Below the pieces are notes generated by a model. The model was not told where the DNA came from and searched no databases. It saw only the letters and a program-made list of their open reading frames with translations. A program made the position numbers and the translations under genes. From Candidatus Woesearchaeota archaeon (GTDB lineage: Archaea; Nanobdellota; Nanobdellia; Woesearchaeales; GW2011-AR4), in the NCBI GenBank assembly GCA_016181305.1, contig JACOZN010000014.1, positions 1 to 51,533 on the forward strand: a DNA stretch of 51,533 nt. Reading direction: 5' to 3'. Shown in pieces: positions 18,646-26,581 of this stretch; position 1 is the stretch's first letter; each line of letters starts with the position of its first letter.

Positions 18646-19365
18646 CTATACTTTTTCCACAACTTTTGGCTCTTCTTTAACTTCAGCTTGCGTTTGCTCC
18701 TCTTCCTTCTTCTTCAGCAAATGAAGCAGTGGTATGAAAGTATGCACTTTGTCTTCTTTGGATTCAGAAGGCAATAATTTTGTGAAAGTAAGCTTTCCCT
18801 GCAGGGCATTGACAAAGAACAGCTTTATCCTGCCATACACCTCCCTTATAATCTGCGTCACGTCCTTCTTTTTTTTAGGTGCTTCAAGATTAAGAGGTGG
18901 AATAGAATGCAATAGCCTTCTCTTCTTGACTTCCAAAGCTCTTTCCAGAGCCTCAACCAAGTCAAAAATTGAAACTTTTCTCTTTCTGGGCTGGGGTGTT
19001 CTTGGAATCAATGTTGGTATTTCCCCGAGCTTTTCAATGGAAGCTGTTTCCTCAAAGCCAAGCTCCTCCATTTCCTCTTCAACCCCAATTAAAAGCCTGT
19101 CAAGCTCGCTTAAGTCTTCCCCGACAAGCTTTGTTGACTTCATCTTGAGCAGGATGGCTGCTGCCAGCAAAACCTTGCCTGAAACCCGAAAATCATGCTC
19201 CTTGAGGGTTCTGAGCATTTCAATGTACTTTTGAGTCAGGATGCTTACATCAATGTCCCATGGGTCCATCTGCTCGGTTTTGACAAGGTCAAAGATTATT
19301 GTCTGCCACGTGATTTCATCTGCCTTTGAGAACAGAATGCTGAAAATACGCTCGTGGGGGTCCAT
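18646..19365 (-). CDS. scpA: Segregation and condensation protein A (SMC kleisin)
   Basis: MDPWDIDVSILTQKY, SGKVLLAAAILLKMKS, RKVSIFDLVEALE, FIPLLHL; the C-terminal winged-helix end appears shortened. Confidence 0.88.
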   Translation of the reverse strand: MDPHERIFSILFSKADEITWQTIIFDLVKTEQMDPWDIDVSILTQKYIEMLRTLKEHDFRVSGKVLLAAAILLKMKSTKLVGEDLSELDRLLIGVEEEMEELGFEETASIEKLGEIPTLIPRTPQPRKRKVSIFDLVEALERALEVKKRRLLHSIPPLNLEAPKKKKDVTQIIREVYGRIKLFFVNALQGKLTFTKLLPSESKEDKVHTFIPLLHLLKKKEEEQTQAEVKEEPKVVEKV

Positions 19366-19459
19366 TTTAAGTGATTTTTTGGGCTGATTATATATAAATT
19401 TATTCATTATGTAGTGGAAATAGAAAATTATTTAAAGAGGCTGATCCAAAATTCAATTA

Positions 19460-19759
19460 TTGGTGAAAACCATCAAGCTGTCCAAGCACGATAGGTATGT
19501 TTTGGAGCTGAGCAATAGGATAAAGCATAACTATGATTCTCTGTCTTTGAATGTTCCATTGAAGCGCTCAAAGCGCTCTTTGGGCGAAATTGACATAGTG
19601 GCTAAAAAGGGCAGCAGGCTTGACTTGTACGAAGTAAAGTGCTCTTACAGGATTCTGAAGGCAAAAAAGCAGCTGAGCAGGATAAAAAGATACCTTAACT
19701 TAAGCAATGCAAGAAGCTATTTCTATTGCGGAAACTCAAAAGCATTGGTGATGGTTTGA
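19460..19759 (+). CDS. Small PD-(D/E)xK nuclease-fold protein (YraN/Hjc-like)
   Basis: GEIDIVAKKG...LYEVKCS motif; 99 aa, basic. Confidence 0.65.
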   Translation: MVKTIKLSKHDRYVLELSNRIKHNYDSLSLNVPLKRSKRSLGEIDIVAKKGSRLDLYEVKCSYRILKAKKQLSRIKRYLNLSNARSYFYCGNSKALVMV

Positions 19760-19803
19760 TTCAAAAGGTTTTTATAGGATTTACTAATACAAAATCCCAT
19801 TTC

Positions 19804-19923
19804 GGGCCTGTGGTCTAGCGGTTACACGCTGAATTGCTTCGCAATTCGCTGGTTTACAGCATAGCCGTAAATGACAACACCCTTACACGGTGTAGGTCAC
19901 CAGTTCGAATCTGGTCAGGCCCA
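19804..19923 (+). tRNA. tRNA-Val(TAC) with a ~47-nt insertion in the D-loop
   Basis: Acceptor stem GGGCCTG/CAGGCCC-A; anticodon arm ACACC-CTTACAC-GGTGT; T-arm ACCAG-TTCGAAT-CTGGT; the D-arm GTCTAGCGGTT...ATGAC is interrupted at about 19824-19870. Confidence 0.9.
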
Positions 19924-19932
19924 CTTGCTTAT

Positions 19933-20014
19933 GCGCGAGTGATCTAGTGGCTATGATAGGGCCTTGCCAAGGCTAGCAATGCTAAGATCGGGAGTTCGAA
20001 TCTCGGCTCGCGCA
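19933..20014 (+). tRNA. tRNA-Gly(GCC), irregular variable region and T-arm
   Basis: Acceptor stem GCGCGAG/CTCGCGC-A; D-arm ATCT-AGTGGCT-ATGAT; anticodon loop TT-GCC-AA; extra TAGC-AAT-GCTA hairpin; T-stem imperfect. Confidence 0.8.
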
Positions 20015-20097
20015 TAGCTTTTTTTCTTTACGTTTATTAGAAAAACCAATAATGTTCTTTTTTCAACTATTGGTGGTATTTGCCATTTATAAATATC

Positions 20098-20150
20098 ACG
20101 CGAGGATGTCCAGTGGTAAGAAAACAACTATGCAAGTCCCGGCTCGCGCA
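20098..20150 (+). pseudogene. tRNA-Gly-like remnant lacking the anticodon arm
   Basis: ACGCGAG..GTCCAGTGGTAAGA (acceptor and D-arm-like), 11 unrelated nt, then CAAGTCCCGGCTCGCGCA (T-loop end and acceptor 3' strand identical to the upstream tRNA-Gly). Confidence 0.6.
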
Positions 20151-20151
20151 T

Positions 20152-20700
20152 TTATTTACACTCAATAACTTTACTCTCAGTCACAATCAAGTCAACAGGA
20201 ACATCATGCTCTTCCCTTGGGACTTTGTCAACAACCTGGAAGTCAAAGCACAATCCAATCTTGACCGCTTTCGGCACTTTCTTCAGGAACTTGTCATAGT
20301 AGCCAAATCCGTAGCCAATCCTGTGCCCTTCCCTGTCAAAGGCAATGCCGGGCACCAACACTATATCAATGTTCTTGTAGGCAATCTTCATCAGCCCGAC
20401 AGGCTCAAGAATGCCGAATTTTGCAGGAGCCAGATTGTAGAAATCTATGATTACAGAAGGCTCGATTTCGCGCTGTACAACCTTCGGGACTGCAACTGTC
20501 TTGTTTTTCAGAGCATCCTTAATAATCTCATGCGTGTCAACTTCATTGTCAAAGGATACAAAGAACATGACTACCTTGGATTTTTTGTATTGCTCGAGAT
20601 TAAACAAATTTTTGCAGATTTGGGAGCTTTTTTGCAATATATCCCCTGTTGACAGGGAATTCCGCTTTTCGACGATTGATTTCTTAAGCTGGGCTTTCAT
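20152..20700 (-). CDS. 5-formyltetrahydrofolate cyclo-ligase
   Basis: EVDT, VAVPKV, GILEP, VPGIAFDREGHRIGYGFGYYDKFL. Confidence 0.93.
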   Translation of the reverse strand: MKAQLKKSIVEKRNSLSTGDILQKSSQICKNLFNLEQYKKSKVVMFFVSFDNEVDTHEIIKDALKNKTVAVPKVVQREIEPSVIIDFYNLAPAKFGILEPVGLMKIAYKNIDIVLVPGIAFDREGHRIGYGFGYYDKFLKKVPKAVKIGLCFDFQVVDKVPREEHDVPVDLIVTESKVIECK

Positions 20701-20751
20701 GCAGAAATAAGTCTAAAGCCTTGAATAAAAACCTTTCTAATTGGGTAACAA

Positions 20752-22068
20752 TTAATTTCCAAGAACGTCTTTCATGTGGCTTACCCTTTTTTCAATCAGT
20801 TTTTTTGTCCCAATGTCTTCCCTGTAAAATACCTGCCCTTTTACTGATTTTGCTGTTTCTTCAGCAATTTTTTCAGCATCATCGAGATCATCTGCTATGC
20901 CCAGGCATGCAACAGCCCTTGACTGCGTAGTATACAATCCCCCTTCTTTCTGCTCGACTGATGCATAATAAAGCCTTGCATCTTTTGGAATTGCCCCAAT
21001 TTCAATCTTTTCGTTCTTGGCTGGATTGTCCGGATAGCCTTTAGGCACAATGTACTTGCAGACAGTCGCCTTGCTTTGGAATTTTATTTTTATTTTGTTC
21101 AAATTCTGATTTATAATTGCATTGCACACTTCCACAAAATCTGTTTCCATGATGGGGAGCACATTCATCGTTTCAGGGTCGCCAAGCCTTGCATTGTACT
21201 CGAGCAGCCTGACGCCTTTTTTTGTAATTATGAAGCCGCCGTACATCACGCCTTTGTAGAACTCCCCAGTCTCTTTGTAAATTGCCTCTGCAGCTTTCTG
21301 CGTTATTTTTAATCCTTCCCCAACGTCTTTTTTTGTGAGGAAAGGGAGCAAATGGTTCTCGCATGAGTAAGAGCCCATTCCGCCTGTATTCGGGCCTTTG
21401 TCGCCGTTAAAAGCCCTTTTGTGGTCCTGTGCCGGAGGGGTTGCAACAACAGTTTTACCGTCTGTCAGGCATTGCAGCGAGAATTCCTCTCCTTCGAGCT
21501 TTTCCTCAACAACAACTGATGGGTGTGTTTGCAAAACTTCATTGCAGTAATCCAATGCCCCTTTTTTAGTTTGAAAATGGTCGCCCTGGACTTTTACTCC
21601 TTTCCCGCCGGTCAATCCATCGGGCTTTATGACGCACTGCCCCAAGCCATCAAGAAATTTTTTTGCATCACCGATATTATTCTCATTGAAAATCCCGAAT
21701 TCCGGATTTCCTTCAATTTTGTATTTTCTTAGCAGATTTCTGGTGAAAGACTTGCTTGTCTCAAGCCTTGCAAGGCTTTTTGCTGGACCGATTGAATTTA
21801 TTTTTAATTTATTTAATAAGTCCACTGCGCCATTATTTAACGGCTCTTCTGGGCCAATAAAGGCAAAATCTGGTTTTATTTTATTTGCATAATCTTTTAC
21901 TTTTTCCAAGTCATTATAATTGCCTAATTCAAAACCTTTTGACAAAGAGATAATTCCAGGATTTTTTGATTTTAGATAAGAATGAAGAATTGTATTCTTG
22001 TTTCTGCATAAAGTTTCAGCTATGCAATGCTCCCTTGCGCCGTTGCCTACCAAAAGGATTTTAGCCAT
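20752..22068 (-). CDS. purD: Phosphoribosylamine-glycine ligase
   Basis: VGNGAREH, IGPEEPL, IKPDGLTGGKGV, QDHKRAF.GD.GPNTGGMG, EYNARLGDPE. Confidence 0.95.
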   Translation of the reverse strand: MAKILLVGNGAREHCIAETLCRNKNTILHSYLKSKNPGIISLSKGFELGNYNDLEKVKDYANKIKPDFAFIGPEEPLNNGAVDLLNKLKINSIGPAKSLARLETSKSFTRNLLRKYKIEGNPEFGIFNENNIGDAKKFLDGLGQCVIKPDGLTGGKGVKVQGDHFQTKKGALDYCNEVLQTHPSVVVEEKLEGEEFSLQCLTDGKTVVATPPAQDHKRAFNGDKGPNTGGMGSYSCENHLLPFLTKKDVGEGLKITQKAAEAIYKETGEFYKGVMYGGFIITKKGVRLLEYNARLGDPETMNVLPIMETDFVEVCNAIINQNLNKIKIKFQSKATVCKYIVPKGYPDNPAKNEKIEIGAIPKDARLYYASVEQKEGGLYTTQSRAVACLGIADDLDDAEKIAEETAKSVKGQVFYREDIGTKKLIEKRVSHMKDVLGN

Positions 22069-22352
22069 TAAACCGCTAATAAAAGGGCTTTATAGCAGAT
22101 TTATAATTTTTGTGATTGAATTTAAGTTAAATGAATATGGCAGAAAATTCAACAAAAAATTTAAATAGTTAATTAACAATTGTTAAGTGCATTTTATACA
22201 TTGGTTTGGTTTAATTTTTTATATAATTTATATAAAAGCGATAGATTTAAAAAGTGTAAAGACATGCATAACATACACCCCATAAGAAAGAATTGAATTT
22301 ATTTGGCATCGGTAAAATTAACTTTTTTAACTACAAAAAGGTGTTTAGCTAA

Positions 22353-23870
22353 ATGAACTTGCATATGTCAGCGTTTGTACAAGGACAGTCAAAATTAGAA
22401 GATATAGCCAAAGAAGAGACTAAACTAAGTGTCCTTGTGATTAGTGATAATCCAGATTATGCTTCAGCCGCCAGAATTGTTTTTGATACGAACCCAGATA
22501 CATTAACAGACAGAACAATGTCAAGGAAGGATATTGATAGACTTGTGAATGAGTCACGAACAAAATCACCAAAGAATGGTAGGCATGAGCCGGATGTTAT
22601 AATATTTGACATGTATAGCGTTAGTGATACCAAATTAGGCGAGCAATTTTCCTTAATGAAAGCAATAGGCTCGAAGTACCCTTATGCAGCCTTAATTGGA
22701 ACATCCGATTGGGTTACGCATAGCAAACTATTTGGACATAGCCAAAGAAATGATGCTCTTTTAAGTATGTGGGAAGAAATATTGTCTGAAAGGAGGACTA
22801 GCCTAATTACCCAAGTCTACAGGATTGCATATCCTTCTGGTCATGATAGCAGGGATGCACAAAAAATATTTTTAGAAGGTCTAACCAACTTGTTCAACGA
22901 TACATTAAACCCCGTAACCAGACAACAGATTTTTGAATATCGGCATGAAAAAAACAGATGCAAATTATTTGGCGTGGATTTAGACGACACACTACTTGAT
23001 GATAATGGAAAGATTAGCGACAAGAACATGGGTGCGCTTAGAAGATTAGGCCAAAAAGTTCCTATAGCATTTGCATCCGGAAGGCCTCCGGTGTCAATGA
23101 TGGAAACAGCCAGGCTGGTGGGACCAGAAGTTGACTGGTATATCATAGCCCATAATGGAGCTTTGGTATCAAATGAGGGTGGGAGGGCATTATATGAAAG
23201 AACAATTTATGAAAGAACAATTAAAAAAGAAGATGCAGCTAAGTTGTTAGGCATGTTTGGATCTATTAGGGAGCGAGAGCCATTTAAGGGAAACCTGCTA
23301 TTAATCTATTTTGCGGGAAATGAGCCTTCCAGCATAGAAGATGATGCTGTTGCTGATTTAAGACTGTCATATATTAAAAGGCTTGGCGGTAAAATGAGAT
23401 TCCATCTTTTTGAAGATATAGGCTCTATGGAAAGAATGGCGGGGGCTTTTGAGCCGCATAAAATACTAATGATTGTCAGAGCAGACTATAAAGGCGCTGT
23501 GAAAGAATTTAATAATATAGCATCTGAAGCAATTAATTCTGCTGATAGCCTAGTGGTTAATCCTTCACATCCAAACTATTTTGAATTCACACATCCAGAA
23601 TCAACTAAAGCTAAAGCGCTGGAAAAAGTTATAGAAACATTAGGCATTTCTATGCGAAATGTTGCATATGTAGGCAATGGCCTAAATGACGCAGATGCAT
23701 TGCAAACTGTTGGCTACCCATTCGTTGTTAAAAACTATGACACTAGATTATATAGAAAATTAAAAGAGTCTGGGCATCTGCATAAGATTGAATTTGTAAG
23801 CACCAATAATGAAGATGGCGTAGCCGAGGCTATTGGAAAATTGAGAAGCTATACTAGAGTGGTCAAATAA
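22353..23870 (+). CDS. Cof-type HAD-IIB hydrolase with an N-terminal receiver-like domain
   Basis: C-terminal DLDDTL, ASGR, HNGA, TKAKAL, VGNGLND; the ~200 aa N-terminal region contains VLVISDN...PDVIIFDM...AALIGTS. Confidence 0.8.
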   Translation: MNLHMSAFVQGQSKLEDIAKEETKLSVLVISDNPDYASAARIVFDTNPDTLTDRTMSRKDIDRLVNESRTKSPKNGRHEPDVIIFDMYSVSDTKLGEQFSLMKAIGSKYPYAALIGTSDWVTHSKLFGHSQRNDALLSMWEEILSERRTSLITQVYRIAYPSGHDSRDAQKIFLEGLTNLFNDTLNPVTRQQIFEYRHEKNRCKLFGVDLDDTLLDDNGKISDKNMGALRRLGQKVPIAFASGRPPVSMMETARLVGPEVDWYIIAHNGALVSNEGGRALYERTIYERTIKKEDAAKLLGMFGSIREREPFKGNLLLIYFAGNEPSSIEDDAVADLRLSYIKRLGGKMRFHLFEDIGSMERMAGAFEPHKILMIVRADYKGAVKEFNNIASEAINSADSLVVNPSHPNYFEFTHPESTKAKALEKVIETLGISMRNVAYVGNGLNDADALQTVGYPFVVKNYDTRLYRKLKESGHLHKIEFVSTNNEDGVAEAIGKLRSYTRVVK

Positions 23871-23884
23871 TTTAATTGGTATGC

Positions 23885-25153
23885 TTACCTTAAGCTGCTA
23901 AACGGTTTTTTTCTCTTTACGAAATCGCCGAAGGCTTTTATTGCGGCATTTTTTAAGTAAATATCGCCCTTTGCTCTGATTTCTTCTATTCCAATCTGCC
24001 TGTCTGACGCCGGGTAGACGCCGTCCAGATTATAGATATTCGCTTCTTTGGCATCATAAGCCCCCTCACAACCGCAAATAACTAGTACAGGTAAAGACCT
24101 TTCTTGTTCTACTTTTACTTTACGTGCAAGTTCTCCTACACGCATGACTGCCTTTCCCCTGAAAGTTGTATAATCTAGCCTGCCTTCACCGGTAACGACT
24201 ATATCCGCGTCTTCGATATGCTTTTTTAGCTGCACCAAGTCAGATACAAGATTAACGCCCTTTTCTATATACGCGCCCAAAAACACCAACAAGCCATATG
24301 AAAGCCCGCCTGCAGCGCCTGTTCCGCCTATATCCCTAAAATTCCTTCCGCCATAATCTGTACCCAAATGTGCCATTAGCTTATCGTAATAGGATGATAA
24401 ACCCCTTGTAGTTAGGTATCTTTCTGCAATATCCGCCAGTCTGCTCAAGTTCTTCTCAAGTGTCACTACCTGAGCATCTGTAGCGCCTTTTTGTTTTCCA
24501 AAAACATAAGAGGCGCCTTCCCCGCCTAATAATGGATTATTCACATCGCTGGCAACTTTTATTTCAGTCTGTGTAACAATTCTTTCCACCAATTTCCCCA
24601 AATCCCATCTTTCAATCTTTTCTATAGCCTCGTTGTTAATGTAGTGGGGCAGCTCGTTACCTTCTTTATCAAAAAATCTTACACCCAATGCCTGCACCAT
24701 TCCAACACCGCCGTCGTGGGAACCTGCTCCCCCTATACCTATTATCATTCTTTTATGACCTTTGTTAAAAGCATCTTTAATTAATTGGCCTACACCATAT
24801 GATGTGGTTAATAACGGATTTCTAAGCTCAGGCTCTATCAAATGCAATCCAGAAACTTTAGCCATTTCTATAAACGCAATTTTTTCGTCTTGGATTATGC
24901 TAAGATACTCGCCCATCACATCTCTGCCGAGGGGATCAATGGCATCAACAGGAATATATTTTCCGCCTATGCTGGAATCAAAAATAGCGTCTATAGTGCC
25001 TTGCCCGCCGTCTCCGATAGGGACTATGTCAAACTGTGGCTGCTTCAGCTTCTTGGCACTGCAATACTCTATAATGGCATCTCTTATTATCTCAGCTATC
25101 TCTTTTGAGGCTTTCCATTCCTTGAATGAGTTTGGAGATATGACTATTTTCAT
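23885..25153 (-). CDS. Glycerate kinase (GarK/GlxK family)
   Basis: VISPNSFKE, PIGDGGQGT, TTSYGVG, GIGGAGSHDGG.G, FGKQKGA, GAAGG, VTGEGRLD. Confidence 0.9.
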   Translation of the reverse strand: MKIVISPNSFKEWKASKEIAEIIRDAIIEYCSAKKLKQPQFDIVPIGDGGQGTIDAIFDSSIGGKYIPVDAIDPLGRDVMGEYLSIIQDEKIAFIEMAKVSGLHLIEPELRNPLLTTSYGVGQLIKDAFNKGHKRMIIGIGGAGSHDGGVGMVQALGVRFFDKEGNELPHYINNEAIEKIERWDLGKLVERIVTQTEIKVASDVNNPLLGGEGASYVFGKQKGATDAQVVTLEKNLSRLADIAERYLTTRGLSSYYDKLMAHLGTDYGGRNFRDIGGTGAAGGLSYGLLVFLGAYIEKGVNLVSDLVQLKKHIEDADIVVTGEGRLDYTTFRGKAVMRVGELARKVKVEQERSLPVLVICGCEGAYDAKEANIYNLDGVYPASDRQIGIEEIRAKGDIYLKNAAIKAFGDFVKRKKPFSSLR

Positions 25154-25233
25154 TTTACACTAAAACCCAGATAATCACGTTTTATCACTAAGAAGGCATA
25201 ATTATTTAAAAATTTATTGCTTTTGGCATCATA

Positions 25234-26151
25234 TTACCCAGACTCCAGATTGAACTCGATGAGGCTGTCGATTAGTTCTTTTATTCTTCGGTGAATTGTG
25301 GCAAGAAAATATACAATGTCATAATTTGTATTCTTTGCACGGAATAATTTTTGCGGTTCTAAATCCTTTATTTTTAAGAATAAACTGTTCAATTTAGCCT
25401 TGTCAAAATTATAAAATAATTCATAAAATTCCTGTAATATTCCATTTATTTTTTCAAAACTTTTTAAGATTTCTTTATTGAAGGATTTTATATTGTAACT
25501 ATACTGGACTGCCATTAAACTGTATTGGTCTGCCAAAGCCTCAAGCGACCTAATGAAGTGATAATAGTAGATTGTTTTTTTTGGGCTGTCTAATCCTTTC
25601 GTCAATAAAAGCCTACTACAAAAATTTGTCATTTTATTTATACTCCTATCTACCACCAGAGCGTTTCTTAAAGCTTTAGCATCCTGATTTTTAATAGCAT
25701 TTAGTATGTCATTTGCTGAAGTAATAAGTAAAAGGAAAGTTCTTCTTAAAGCGCTGTCAAAACCAGTAGGCGGACCGCCCGAAAGGTCTTTGATGATAAA
25801 GAAATTTTTGCCTTGATTTATTAATTCGTAACCAATTGTTTGGTCATGCATCTTGAGAATTATATATTCCAAAAGGTCGTTATAACCTTCAGAATCACAA
25901 ATCACTTTCAATTCGTTTACCCCATCTCTGTAACTGCTTGTGACATACCTCTCGGCTATGTTCTTCAAATGCGGAGGCTTCAGTTCTATTTGAGCGGGCT
26001 CAAGTTTGCCTTCTGTGCTTACCACAATCTTATTCCCATTCTCCTCCACCTCCATTTCATCGCCCTTCTTAACCCCGTACTTCTGGGTCCATTTCCTAGG
26101 CAGAGAAATCAGCTGCGTCGAGTTTGCAATCTGTATTACTTTTCTTTTCAA
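25234..26151 (-). CDS. AbrB-domain + PhoU-like regulator
   Basis: MKRKVIQIANSTQLISLPRKW...KKGDEMEV AbrB domain followed by helical PhoU-like repeats. Confidence 0.8.
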   Translation of the reverse strand: MKRKVIQIANSTQLISLPRKWTQKYGVKKGDEMEVEENGNKIVVSTEGKLEPAQIELKPPHLKNIAERYVTSSYRDGVNELKVICDSEGYNDLLEYIILKMHDQTIGYELINQGKNFFIIKDLSGGPPTGFDSALRRTFLLLITSANDILNAIKNQDAKALRNALVVDRSINKMTNFCSRLLLTKGLDSPKKTIYYYHFIRSLEALADQYSLMAVQYSYNIKSFNKEILKSFEKINGILQEFYELFYNFDKAKLNSLFLKIKDLEPQKLFRAKNTNYDIVYFLATIHRRIKELIDSLIEFNLESG

Positions 26152-26455
26152 TTTAACACCCCCAAATTATAAATAATAATGAGTAAATTATAAATGAACT
26201 TAAACAATTTAAGCTAATTTAAATAATAAAAATATACTTTAAGCTATTATAAAGTCCCCCTTCAGTCTTTATAGCAGATTAAGCAAATATAAGCCTATTT
26301 ATAAATTTTTCTGTTTTATATAAATTTTATAGCATTTATAAAGTTTAAGGGCAAATTATATAAAAACCATTAGCTCTACTCTTCAGGCATAGGTTGTTCT
26401 ATGTAAAGAGGCTTTAGAAAAAAGGTGAGAAGCTAGCTATAGGCATGGGCGAGGC

Positions 26456-26581
26456 ATGAAAATGAACAGGAGAGACATGGCAAAGTTTGTAGAGGTAAAA
26501 GAGGTATTGGATGCAGGGGAAGAAGAGGACAGCTTTGGCTTCATCACAAACGACGTGACTGAAGAATTAAAATACAAATAG
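26456..26581 (+). CDS. Candidate 41-aa acidic small protein (missing from the ORF track)
   Basis: MKMNRRDMAKFVEVKEVLDAGEEEDSFGFITNDVTEELKYK; purine-rich, coding-like stretch within an AT-rich spacer, divergent from the AbrB-PhoU gene. Confidence 0.4.
   Translation: MKMNRRDMAKFVEVKEVLDAGEEEDSFGFITNDVTEELKYK

Noticed and set aside
24330-24430. ~30-aa extra segment in glycerate kinase as an intein or mobile insert
   Set aside because: Too short, with no Cys/Ser...His-Asn intein ends; likely a surface loop.
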